A DNA stretch of 64,000 nt from Paraspadella gotoi (Eukaryota; Animalia; Chaetognatha). The stretch's first letter is position 1. Every line of letters begins with the position of its first letter. The position numbers and the translations under genes are program-made. Below are positions 19,801 through 32,532 of the stretch, piece by piece. Below the pieces are notes generated by a model. It was not told the DNA's origin. It did no database searches and was given only the letters and a program-made list of their open reading frames with translations. The stretch is taken from assembly GCA_051294375.1 (NCBI GenBank), contig CM119265.1, positions 22,650,591-22,714,590 on the forward strand, given 5' to 3'.

Positions 19801-22800
19801 CGGGAGTCTCGTTATTACACGTCCGATCCCAACCTAGCTTGCCTTTACATCTTAGCCATAGGTTGGCAAAACTTTGAATTCGTTCATTTAAAGCTGCAAT
19901 TCTCCTGAACCCATTTCCGAAATGATTTCGCCATTCCCTGATTCAGATACTCTCGATCGTGATATTCGCTCGCCTGATTTCGTGAAAAACCTCCAAGCCA
20001 AAGTCAATTCCCTCCCATCTTGGAACAACGGTCGCAATCACATTATATTTAACTTGTACTCTGGAACTTGGCCACTCTACAACGAAGATTTAGGTAAACA
20101 ATGAAAAATATCGTTGATGATTCAATAACGGTTCTGTAATGATTTTAATTTAAACAAACTTACTCCCTACAGGCTTCGATTTCGGAGAGGCGATACTCGC
20201 CAAAGCTTCATTCTCTGTGGGTAATTTTAGGTAAGGACTTGGGTGAAGGCTTGCTTGGTGTGTTTCTGTTGATTTAAACTCGTTTTTTTTTTATTTTTCA
20301 GACACGGATTTGATATTTCTCTACCTTTGTTCCCCAAAGATCATCCTTTAAAAGGTGAAAAGGTTTTGGCCAACTGCCATTGTCACTGATTGGCATCACC
20401 ATTTCTAATCCTCTTTCCTTCTTTAGGCGGAGACCTAGGCGTTGCCAACATCCTCAATACGGCGACTCCCCCTACTTCTCCGCTTTTTCCCGCCTTTCGA
20501 AAGTTTACTCTAGGTTAGAAAAAGCGCTAATAGTTTTTAACTTATAAAAAAGAAATACATTTGTATAACTGTGACGGTCCGTTCCTTCTCTAGTCTTCAA
20601 GGGGAAGCGATACCTGACGGGCATCGGGTCGCGGACGCGCAATTCTCTTTTTCACCTCAACAACGGCAACGACGTCGTCCTCCTAACGACGTGTCGACAC
20701 GGCAAAGGGTGGAAAGAGGCGAGTCTTCTTCGTCCGTTTGGTTGTTGTCGCCAAGACATGGGCAAGTTAATCTCCATTCCACCCTTTTTTTTGTGGCACG
20801 TGTTCCTCAGGTGAAGGACGAACGCTGTGATATCGATAATTCGCAATACGACAAATTCGACTATCAAGTCTTGCTTCACAACTCCACCTTTTGCCTCGTG
20901 CCACGCGGACGTCGCCTCGGCTCTTTTCGCTTCCTCGAGGCGCTGCAGGCCGGATGCATCCCCGTCCTTTTGTCCAACGGTAGATAAGGCAGGAACGCAC
21001 AAGCGATGTTCCATATTTGTTTTTCATCGACCTTTAAAAAAATTTTCTAGGCTGGGTCCTGCCTTTCTCCGAGGTGATTGACTGGAACAAAGCTGTCATC
21101 TGGGCCGACGAACGCCTTTTATTTCAAGTACCGTCCATCGGTAAGGCGAGTGGGTCGAGTGCGCGCGTCTCACCTGAGAAATGTAACGGAACCACTTTCA
21201 ACTCGACTTTTTCTCCTAGTTCGCTCGATGCAACCGACCCGAATTTTGACCCTGAGGCAACACTCATCGTTCTTGTGGGAATCTTATTTTTCCTCTATCG
21301 AAAAAATTACGTTGACGACCATAGAAATTTTAAAAGACCGAATATTTCGACAGACAGCGCATCAAAATCTCCAGTGGAATCTTCATCCTGGTAGGATTGG
21401 TTAAAAATACCTCTTAATGTTAAGCTTCTATTTCCTAAAAATTTAATAAAATGTAACCCATCCCAAGGTGGCTTGCATATTCACCCCGAATTCTCGGAAG
21501 AGTTAAGCTCCTATCCGTTTTTCCACGAACATCACTATCATCACGGCGACGCGTTTCCCGCCCTCGTCCATTCCTCTTCAGATTCGTCGTGGTCTCCACC
21601 CTCTCGTTCCACGCGTTTCACTGCCATCGTCTTTGCGCGCAGCACGCAGTCCCTCGTATCCTCGGGGTCAGTATCTGGGTAATTTAGAGAGCGATCTGCA
21701 TTCGGTCTCAGAAATTGCATTCACGATTTTCTCCCCTTCCAGACAATCGGATATTCCAGTCGGCCATTCGGCTCCTCAAATCCTCGACCCTCGAGGAACA
21801 CTGTACAAACTCTTGAAGAGCGTTCAGGCTTCCGAGTTTTGCGAAAAGATTCTGATTCTGTGGCCCGGGAATCGATCCCCGCGGTTACCTTCTTCCCCCA
21901 TTCCCATTGTGGTGAGTAGCGTGAGATATTGCCTAATAGATTAGTTAAAATAGTCTAACATGTCACAACTCTTTTCACTCTTCAGGTGATCACGGAGGTG
22001 AAGAGCGTCAACTCGCGCTTTTACCCCTACGCTCACCTGCAGACGGACGCCGTCCTCAGTCTCGACGACGACGTGGTCATCGCCACGGAGGAGATGGACT
22101 TTGCCTTCCGTGTCTGGACGCAATTCCCGCAGCGCATAGTCGGATTCGCGCCCAGGTCAGAGGAAAGTTGAACAAATAATGCAGTGTGATCGACACTTAC
22201 TCTTACTCTGAAACTTGTGTCGTCCACAGTAGCAGTATAATTTGTGGTTCATTTCAAATGAGATCGAGTTCTTCAAACTCTCAATCATTAATGACATAAT
22301 TATTCTATCAAATTATCACAAAATTATCTATGAATCAATTAAACTACTGAACAATATTTAAAAGCATTGTAAAATCAAAAAATATGCCTAATAATAATAC
22401 AGTACAAAAATCAATTGGACTTAAAATGATTTTGTACTATATGCAAATGATATTGATGAACTCTCAATCTCATTTAGTATTATTCTAAGAATCTATCTCT
22501 TACATTAATAATGCTTTAGTTTTCCAACGGCAGTAGTTCAGTCCACCAAAAAAAAAAGTGTACGGTAACCGAATCTATTTTCACTCCATTCAGGAATCAT
22601 TACTGGGACGAAAACCGTTCACGTTGGGCCTACACCTCCAAGTGGTCCAACTACTACTCCATGATTCTCACCCACGCGGCCTTTTACCATCGGTATTTTC
22701 ATTACCTCTATACTCATTCTCTCAGGTAAGATGAGGGTTTTTTTTTCATCTGATCAGAAGATGCCGTTATTTATAAAATCGTTTTCCCCCACCCCTTCAT

Positions 22801-23138
22801 TCACAAAAAAATAAAAATAAAGGGCGTCCCATTTGGACATCGTAGAGAGCAGCCAAAGTTGCGAGGACATTCTCATGAACTTTCTAGTTAGTCACGTTTC
22901 CCGGTTGCCGCCGATCAAAGTTGCCCAGCGGAAAAGTATGAAGGAGACTTCGTCATCGGGGTCTTCGAATGACGAGTCGTCGTTCGGAGTGCGACAGGCC
23001 TGCTTCAACGACTTCGTCCGCGCCTTCGGCTACGTGCCGCTCGTCCGCACCGGCGCCAGATTAGATCCCATCCTCTTCAAGGACCCCGTTTCCAACCTGC
23101 GGAAAAAGTACAAAAAGCTGGAACTTATGGGTCCTTGA
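16869..23138 (+). CDS. EXT1: Exostosin-1 heparan sulfate polymerase (GT47+GT64)
   Basis: MQAAKRY plus signal anchor, [97 protein letters not shown]. Confidence 0.96.
17568..18705 (+). mobile_element. Helentron/DINE-1-like element, family A, full-length copy nested in family B
   Basis: 5' subTIR atcgtcgcaatcgc (17573-17586), inverted ttgcgacgat (17594-17603), 3' gcaattgcgacgat (18669-18682) plus hairpin. Homologous to 2559-3410. Confidence 0.78.
18707..18750 (+). ncRNA. Minimal type I hammerhead ribozyme, degenerate, Penelope-type
   Basis: CTGATGA (18712-18718)-A-GGCTC-gaacaa-GAGTT-GAAAC-AT-GTC. Stem II has two G-U pairs, and stem III is the palindrome ACATGT. Confidence 0.65.
22275..22504. 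repeat. Interspersed AT-rich MITE-like repeat, copy 1
   Basis: About 230 bp closely similar to 57221-57450. Lies in an EXT1 intron. Confidence 0.85.
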
Positions 23139-24225
23139 GAAACAAGACCAAAAAAAAAAAAAAAATCACAAAACAGAACATGTGTAAGTCCAAACTAAAA
23201 GAATCCGCGATAAAGAGTAAAATAACAAAAAACCTCAAGCGTGGGCGAAACGTGCAACGTGTGTTAGTTGTAGAATCTTTTTTGCTCCTGTTTCGAAATG
23301 AAATTTCCTGTTTTTCTTTTTATTCTTTTTAAAATTGTGTCTCACCATTTTGAGATTTTCCCGTTCGTGAGAGACGCTTAAAGCAGAGCGTTTCGACGAT
23401 CAATGTTTCCGGTTTTTATTCAAATTGTTTTCGTGTGATTTGCTTTGTCGGAAGTGTCATCTTCGGTTGCTTTATTACAGCGAGTAGTTCATTGTTACGA
23501 CTAATTAGGTTTCACTTTGTAAACTCACCATTGTTCTCCAATCTCCATCCCAGCAATAAGAGGCATTCTTGACACCCTTTCCCTACCTTCTGAGGATTAT
23601 AATAACGATGTTTATTTTTAACAGTATTGACTTATTATACCGCCTCTATGATGTTAAGAGTGCCGATTTTTTTACCTCTATTTGTTAAACTCTTGAAATA
23701 ATTACAAAAAAATCATTCGTCGGTTCCTCCCCGCGACAATGGCATTTTGAAATACCTTACGTAATACATATTTGTAGCATTTGTAGGCCACCAATTTACC
23801 ATGTACGTTCAAGTGCTTTTTTTCATCCAATCATGTTTACTATTGCTTTTTATACCAGAAGTTCATGACAAGCATCATTAAAAGTCAGATCTTTGCTTGG
23901 TTTCGTTGAATGAAATTTTTTTTTCAACCTTTTTTACATTATTTAAATGTAATAAGAAAACAATTAGAACGATATGATCAAAATTACGGTGATTATTAGT
24001 TTGTTATTGCTTAACCAACAAAGCAAACATTTGGAAACTTAATGAAATTTTGAATTAACATGCTGTTATACTCGTTTTTACCTTATTTTTATAATAGAAA
24101 ACTAAAAGAAAAATCATCACCTTGCGGGATCCAAGTTATATTTTTTAAAAGGTACTAAAAATTCCAAAGAACTTCACCTGGTCAACTATGTCGTCGGGAT
24201 AGTACACACGCCCGCCTGCGAAATC

Positions 24226-26611
24226 ATGTTCACCGCATTTTCTACGGGATTCTCGGGGCTGATGAAAGTCGCCCAAGATACGATAGTTGCTCCGACTGAC
24301 GCCACCGTTATCGCCGAAGCGGAGGGCAAAACTTCCGAAGACGGCGTGCCGGTTAAAACCGCGCCGGAAATCGCAGTTTCCCCGGAAAAAGCGTCGAGTT
24401 TGCCCGACGAAGCCGCCAACGAAACTGGTTCCACCGCTACGCTCGATGCCGTCGAAGGGAAAGAGCAGGGAGAGCACGCCATGGAAGCCGCCAAGGAATG
24501 GGGTTCTTATTTATTCGGTGGAGTCAAGGACGTCACTAGCAAAGGTCAAATAAATCTGTTTATGAGAAATTCACAAAAACGGAATGTTTTGACAATAATT
24601 TTCGATGTATTGTGTAGCAGATTAATTTGTGGATTATTTCAATCTCATTTGCATATTGTCGTATCCTGATTAAGCTTAGATAAAATTTTGTTTTATTACC
24701 ATAAAGGTTTAATATTAATATTTTACAGTGGTAAATAATCATGTTTGTTTGTGTTTAAATTAATAGCTAAATAATTAATGATATAACTAATGATAATGAT
24801 ATAACTATATCAGGGTGATATAACTGTATGAGAATGGTTATACATAACATATACATAACATCGGTTAATAACTTAATATAGGTTCAGTGGATAATTAACT
24901 CGTAACTTACTTAATGATTTGAAGGCTACTTGACTAGCTTCTTGGTAAGACTAATGAACTAGAGAGTTAGGCTTGCAATGTATTGAAGTATAGACCTGTG
25001 AAAGGATAGCAATTACATGTTATCTTAATGAGTGCAGACTAAGGCATAATTCTTTGAGAATATATCTTTCTTATTAAACATAAAAAAGTCAGCCGGAATT
25101 AGAAGAATAATTAAAGTTGTAAACTAGCAATTTAGATAATTAAATCATTAATTATTTAGCTAATAATTGAACCACAAACAAACATGATCAAAGATCATTT
25201 ACCATGGTAAATATTAATATTAAGCCTTTAGGCTAATAGAACAAAAATTTATCAAACCTTAATATAAACCTAAATACGACAATATGCAAATCAGATTGAG
25301 GAACTCAATCTTATTTGAAATAATCAACAAATAAATCTGCTACATATTGTAGTTTGCTGCACTAGTTGGAATTTAAAGTTGCATAGAACTTAGGTGAAGT
25401 CGAAACAATATTACGACTCTCTTAATTTGGTTATTGTAACATAATTTTTTATCGGAACATCTTCCTTTCTTTATGATACCTCCAGTTACTACTGCCACCG
25501 GAGCGCTGGCGTCGGGGGCCCAAATGCTAAAAAAGTCTGTCGAGCAGAACACTTTCTTGGGGGAGTTCAATCGGGAACAGGAAAAGTTTGTTGAAGATAA
25601 AAAGGAAATGGAAGCGGCGCAGGTTAAAACCTTTTTCTAATTTTTTTTTTGTTTCTTCTCCTTTCATTCATTCTTTGTGCTCTACTCTCCCTTCAGGAAG
25701 CCGCCTTGCCACCTTGGATGGGTTATGGCGAAGACGAGGAAAACCTCAGGGAGCAGATCGTGGCGCTATCCTCGGACGAACGCCACTTCCTTCGCCCTCC
25801 GCCGGGTGGCGTCACTTATACCTTCGATTATCAAACGTCGTACCCTATCGCCTTGGCTACTCTTGACGCTGATCCAACGTTGCGGGTGCGTTAACTTAAA
25901 TCTCTGACGTCATTAACCATTTAGCCTTTAATGCCATATTTATGTTTTTTGTTTCCCCCCTCTATTCGTTGGAAAATCCTAACATCTACACGAAAGTTTC
26001 TTCCCGACTCCCTCCCCCTGTAACACGCAGGATATGAGATTCAAGCTGGTCCCCAAACGGATCAAGGAGGAAGATTTTTGGCGCAACTATTTCTATCGTG
26101 TCTCGCTGATCAAACAGTCCGTTGCTCTTCACTCCATGACGGGGGATGGGGAAGCCGAAGTGGAAGATGCCGCTGTGTCGCCGCCAGAAACGGAGGCTGC
26201 TGGGGTTGACCCCACCGGAACTAATGTCGCCGATGATGGAGACGAAATGCCCGAGTGGGAGAAAGAACTACAGAGGGAGCTCCAGGAGTACGAAGTTAGT
26301 GTCAAAGATGAGTTTATAGGACCGGAAAGTGAGAGGGAAATTCCCGTGACTGATTCCTTCGGGCCCCTCCCCTTCAACAGGAACAAGAGTTAATTAGGAG
26401 TGACGTTAGACGACAGTGACGCAATGATAGAGGCGATGTTGAGATGACGTTGATACAAATTCTAATTGTTTATGATGGTCTTTAAACCTGCTTTCTTGAC
26501 AAGGTCGTTGGTGGATCAGAGCCGATGTCGGATGGCGATGTCCATGGCGCCGATGGAGAATCCGCCGAGTGGCAGGAGGAGATTCAAAAGATGCTTGAGC
26601 AAGAAAACTAA
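24226..26611 (+). CDS. SYAP1: Synapse-associated protein 1 (BSD domain)
   Basis: [71 protein letters not shown]-terminal [13 protein letters not shown]. Confidence 0.93.
24609..25350. mobile_element. Foldback/MITE with long imperfect terminal inverted repeats
   Basis: 24609-24783 is an inverted copy of 25143-25350 (e.g. catgtttgtttgtg/cacaaacaaacatg, tagctaaataattaatgat/atcattaattatttagcta). Lies in SYAP1 intron 1. Confidence 0.8.
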
Positions 26612-27365
26612 TTCCTTCTTTCTCCTGACCCCTTTCCAAAAATTTTCCTTTGTGCTCCGAACTACGATTTATCAAGCCTTTTCGTTTTAATCTTTTACCG
26701 ACTACATCCCTTTTTTTCCTGTTCCGTCCCAACTTATCTCCCCCCCCTCCATTTCCCCCTTGCTTGATAATCTTTATTTCTCTTTCATTTTTCTTTCGCT
26801 TTTTTTTCTCGCTTTTTTCCTTTATCTGTTCGGAGCCTTGGCTCTTTCCCGTGCCTCCTTTGAAAAAAAATCAATGTATTTTTCTCCGGTTCTCTCGGCA
26901 TTCCTATTTCTTGTAAATGACGATCGAGTTTCGTTCTATGTGCTTTATATACTAGTCGACCCACGAATTAATGCTTGTTTTAATAATTCATTTGGTGTGT
27001 GATTTGTGGTTTTTGGAGAATTAAATAATATGACTTATAATTTTAAAAAATCTAATATTCGGTTTCTCCTCTTTCTACATTCGCCACATATTTTGATTGT
27101 ATTTTATGAAAGAGAAAAGATCCTATGACACGCTTTGTTGAAAGAGTAGTTAGAGTTCTCTAGAATTTATACAAAAAGAAAGCGATTGTCCATTATTCAA
27201 GGTGAGTACTGAAGTATATTTTACTTTAATGTATTTTGTCACAAAGAACTACGTAGACAACGGATCCGTCCTTTGAAGGAAACTATTTATAGTAATAAAA
27301 CGCGACGAAACAACCCATCAAAAAAAAACAAAAAACAAAGAATTAAACATGTCTTTGTCTTATTA

Positions 27366-28840
27366 ATGCGTCACTCGCTCATTCTTCGCCTCTTTTCTCG
27401 TTCGGCCAAGTCATGTGACTCATCACTTTCAGTCATGGGATCAAAAGGCCCGCCGTCGGATGCCGTCCGGTTTTTGGACGAGGCGGTCGTGCTCCAAAAG
27501 TTCAAAGAATGCGTCCCCAAGTTGACTTTTGACCTGCACAAAGGGCAGGCGGGGCGGATCGGCACAGTGGGCGGCTGCAAGGAGTATACCGGTGATTGGA
27601 GATGATTTCGATGAGGAATGAATTTTAATATTCACTCACGAATTCTTGGCCCCCCCTTTCTTTTTGTCCAAGGGGCGCCTTATTACGCGGCCATCTCCTC
27701 GCTCAAAGCCGGGGCTGATCTTTCCCACGTCTACTGTTTGGAAGCCGCCGCCAACGTCATTAAATCCTATTCCCCGGAATTGATCGTCCACCCTGTTTTG
27801 GTGAGAGATGACATTTTCGATCGTCTCTTAATTTTTTTCACTCCATTATTCTCTATCCACTCTCGATTATCCATTACCTCCCCCAGGACCACCCCTCGGT
27901 GGAGGACGAGATGGCGCCGTGGCTGCAAAAGATGCACGCTCTCGTCATCGGCCCCGGATTGGGCCGCTCATTCTCCCTCATGTCTCCGGTCAAGATCATC
28001 ATTCACAAGGCCATTCAACTCAATATCCCTCTCGTCATCGACGCCGACGGAGTTTATTTGGTGTCCTGCGATCCTGACGTCATTCAGGGTTCGTTAGTGG
28101 GAGGACGAGGAAGCGCTCATATTCTTAGTTTTAAACTTTTTCGTTGTATAGGATATTCCAACTGTATTTTGACTCCGAATTGGGTCGAATTTAAGCTTCT
28201 TTACTCGCGAGTTTTCGGAGAGGCTCTCAACGAGTCGCAGGTAAAGCGACTAAGCGTCGTTAACATTTCTCTCATCCCCGGATGTAATAGAGGATTACCT
28301 AATATGATTTTCGCCCCTCGCTTTTAGAGTTTGCCCGAATCAGTGGCGCAACTTGCTCGACGTCTGGGTCACGTAACCGTCGTTCTCAAGCATCATCGTG
28401 ACGTCATCAGCGACGGACGCTGCGTCGTCGTCGTGTCCGCTGCAGGAAGTCCGCGGCGTTGCGGTGGGCAGGGCGACGTACTGGCGGGCGCCACAGGAAC
28501 TTTCTTTCATTGGACCAAGACAGAGGCGGAAAGAGCAGAGAGTAAGTGTGTTTACTGGATAGTAGGGGTCGGTGGGGGTAATATTGGCGACGAAATAAAA
28601 TTCAACGTACAACATTAAATTCCCCTCTCCTTTCCAGAACTAGCGAACGGCGCCGAGAACACGGAAGGACGTTCCGGAAAGGCGCCCGATCCTTCGCCGT
28701 CGCTCGTCGCCGCATTTGGCAGTTGTATTTTGACAAAAAGATGCAGCGAAAGGTCTTTCGCCATCCACGGCCGCTCAACCACCACCGTTGATTTGGTCAA
28801 CAACATCGGGGGCGCTTTTACCGAATTGTTCGACTCATGA
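27366..28840 (+). CDS. NAXD: ATP-dependent NAD(P)HX dehydratase
   Basis: [71 protein letters not shown]. Confidence 0.95.
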
Positions 28841-29283
28841 ATTCTCTTTTCGTATTGTTAATCATCAAATTTTGAAAAAATAAAATGTCGAATTGATATT
28901 ATGTCGGCAATTTTCCGAGGTTTTTTTTTTTTTTTTTTTTTGTCTCCCATGGAAGTCCAAATGAAGAAAACGCGTCTGAATTTCTCATTCGTTTTTGATC
29001 ATGTATTATATTTCGACACGATAATCGGAACGTCGTCGCTTTTTAGCGTAGAATTCTATCTCGCATGTTTTACTTAAAGTTGAAATAAGTTTATTACTTA
29101 TAAACGAATAACGAATCTATTTAATCTAACAAAATTCCGACTTCCAATCATCTCCAGTATTCAAATTGTACACCGGACGCAGCATTTTGTCTTTTTACAT
29201 TTTTCATCTTGTGCTCAACACAGTCCACCATTGTTTGCGTTATTATTCTCTTTTGCGCCATAGATACATTTATTTAAAAAAAA

Positions 29284-32198
29284 ATGAGGGCTTCATTTGT
29301 TTTAAATTGGACTAATAATGCCTTTGCTAGAACATTTTGCAAGCGGTAAGTTATTTTCTTGATACGATTGCGAAAGTTCAGTCTTTGGAGATTCCTCTAC
29401 ACGAATCCGTCTCCATCAAATATATATAATGGTTTTGAACGTCTGATCTTTGATTTCGTTTCTTCGATCACAGGAAAAGACAATTTGGGTTAGAAAAGGG
29501 AATCGTATCTTTAGCAAGCTTCCACTTCTCTGCCGTCGCTGTTCCGACCAAGTCAAAACTATCTAAGTTGGAATGTGCCAAGAGGTATCGCTTTGAAAAA
29601 ACCTCTATGATATCCGCTCTTTCCTCTTCTTTCGCTTTTCACAACCGTTTCTAGGACATTGGTGCACACGTCCCGCTACGGACCGATCGACATTCCCCGA
29701 GATGACCTTTATTCTTTTCTTACCGCCGACTTCGCCTCCTTTCGAAAGCGGGTCGCCGCCGTCGACGCCCCCACGGGACGGGAATGTACCTACGAGGAGC
29801 TGCAACGCGGTACTGGCGAGTAATTGGCGTCTTCCTTTGATCGGATTTTTTCCTTCAGTATCGTCTCTCTTTGTGAAGACGCTGTCTCCTTGGGTTCGGC
29901 TCTTATCAAACGCGGGGTGCAGCCCGGCGACGTGGTGGGAGTCTGCTCTCCCAACTCGATCGAGTACATGACAACCATGCTCGGCGTGGCGGGAATCTGC
30001 GCCACGGTCTCGCCCATCAATCAGAACCTCAACGCGGAGGAGATGGAGGCGCAGATGAGAGAAGCGGGAATGAAGGTCGTCGTCACCACGAATGAATTGC
30101 TGCCGCTGGTGGCTGAAGCCTCGGCCAAAGTCGATGGAGCAAAGCCGGTCCGTTTCCGTTGACCCGTTTTTTTATTTTTACTTATTTTGAGGGAAGAGCG
30201 CTTCAAAAAAAAATAGTCAATTTACGAAACATAAAACGCCACGAAACATAACCAGGAATTGATCGTAGTGGGCGGGGCCTCGGGAGTCGATACTTTCGAC
30301 AGCCTCCTCGCTGACGCCGGCGATGCGTTTCCCTCCGAGAGCGCTCGTCGCTCCATCGTCGATCCTAAGAATCACGTGGCCATCATTCCGTTTTCCTCGG
30401 GGACGACTGGCATGCCAAAGGGCGTTATGATAACTCACTACAACATGATCGCCAACACCTGCCAGGTGTCGTCAAATCAGAATCTATTTTATAAAACTTT
30501 TCCTACTTTCATACTTTTGATTCCCGTTTGCCCGCAGGTCTCTGCTCACGACGACCTCGTGGGTCCAGAGATTAACGGATCGAGGACGAGAATCCTGTCG
30601 ATTCTGCCAATGTGGCACTCTTACATGATCTTGAGCGTCATGGGTAAATTGACGAAATTTGAAAGAGTTCGATGCCGTGGGTTTTCACTTTATATCTTAT
30701 ATCTTTCTCCCTCAAGTTTTGCTTCGTCACGGAAACATGTTCAGTATTTTGCCCAAGTTCGAACCGATTTCTTTTTTGGAAGCTATATCCAAATACAAAC
30801 TGGGTGAGCCGTTGTTCCCGAAGAATTTTCGATTTTCCCCCAAAAAAATCGTTGAAAGATTTAAAAACGAAGTCGTTCTTCAGATTTTCTGCCGATTGTC
30901 CCACCGTTGATCTTGTTTCTAGCGAAACATCCTCTCGTGGCTAAATATGACTTGTCATCGGTCAAGGGGAGTCCTTTCTATTTTTTTTTTCTCTCTGGCG
31001 CTTTTATACCACCTTCCTCGCTCCGCAGGATGTGCTCAGTGGCGCCGCTCCTCTCGGTCCCGATCTCCAAGCCGAACTCTCCGCGCGTCTCGGAATCTCC
31101 CGAATCCGTCAGGCTTGGGGCATGAGCGAACTGTCGCCCGGTGAGAATCGCCCTTGGATCCACGGGACGCGAGCTTGAAGCCTCAAGCCGTGTAATTTAC
31201 TAGTCGTGATTACCTCCAATCAATGATCTCAAAATCATTTCTCAAACATTCACTCTTACAACGACATCCGTCCCGCATCCACAGGCGTTACGATTGGGCC
31301 GGCGTCGGAACCGATTCCCGGGTCTTGCGGAGTCGTCATTCCCAACACCGAGTTGAAGGTGGTCGAAGTGGGGACGAGGAACACCAAGTCCGACGGCGAC
31401 GGAGAAATCGCTGTTCGTGGACCTCAAGTTATGAAGGCGCGTTAAAATTGAAACTTGACAATTTTCAATGGACCGGAGATCTTAATTCCGTTTCCTGTGC
31501 GACAGGGCTACTTGAACAACCTCCAAGCGACTCGTGATATGATCGACGATGAGGGATGGCTCTACACCGGTGACATTGGCCACGTGGACGAGAACGGTCA
31601 TCTAGTTATCGTCGACAGACTAAAGGAGCTCATCAAATACAAAGGCCACCAGGTTCCGACGCTGGACCCTGGCTGGAGGGCCAGGTACTCGTGAGTTCCA
31701 ATAAGACGCGACTGTCTCACTTTCCTTGGCAGGTGGCGCCGGCCGAGTTAGAGGGCGTCCTTTTGACCCATCCCGCCGTCGCTGACGCGGCGGTCATCGG
31801 CGTACCCGACGAAGCTGCAGGCGAGGTCCCGCGCGCCTTCGTTCAGTTAAAGACCGGCGTCGATGTTGCGGCCGCCGATGTCGCCGACTTCGTGAACTCC
31901 AGAGTCGGGGCCTTCAGCTGGCTCAGGGGAGGCGTCGAGTTTGTTCCTGGCATCCCCAAAGGTTTTTTCCTTCCATTCATTTTATGGGCTTAGGGCATTA
32001 TGCAGGGAAAATCACGGGCATTTCATTGGTCGCGATTTAGTTTCGAAGATCGCTGTGCAGTGCACATATGCACGTCTCCGTTACCACTAACGGGCTAATG
32101 CTTCTTTTTTTTTAGCTCAATCGGGCAAAATATTGCGAAAGGAATTGCGCGAAAAATACAAGGCCGAGATAGAAATGAGCGCCCGGGCTGATAATTGA
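29284..32198 (+). CDS. 4-coumarate-CoA ligase/luciferase-like acyl-CoA synthetase with an N-terminal extension
   Basis: [73 protein letters not shown]. The start position is less certain than the core. Confidence 0.9.
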
Positions 32199-32532
32199 GG
32201 ATTTCGCCCAGTTTTTTTCGTTGGAGCGCCACGTTGGAATGTGCAGAACCCTCACCACGTTTTTAACGCATTTTTTCACCGTGTGTTTAAAAAAAGCTGT
32301 GTCAATGCAACCTGTTTTACGTTATTATATTTTCGTTCTTAATTTTAATCCTGCAAACCTTTAAATAGCATACTGCCAAATACGTTTGTTTTTATTCGGC
32401 TCAATCTTGTTACGTTACGTTACTCGTTAGATGTAATTTAGTATTTACCATCGTTGCCAAACAAGGGATGCGTTGATTCGAACGTCTTTTAAATTTTTAC
32501 AATTCACAGCCTTGAAAATTGAAATTGCAAAG

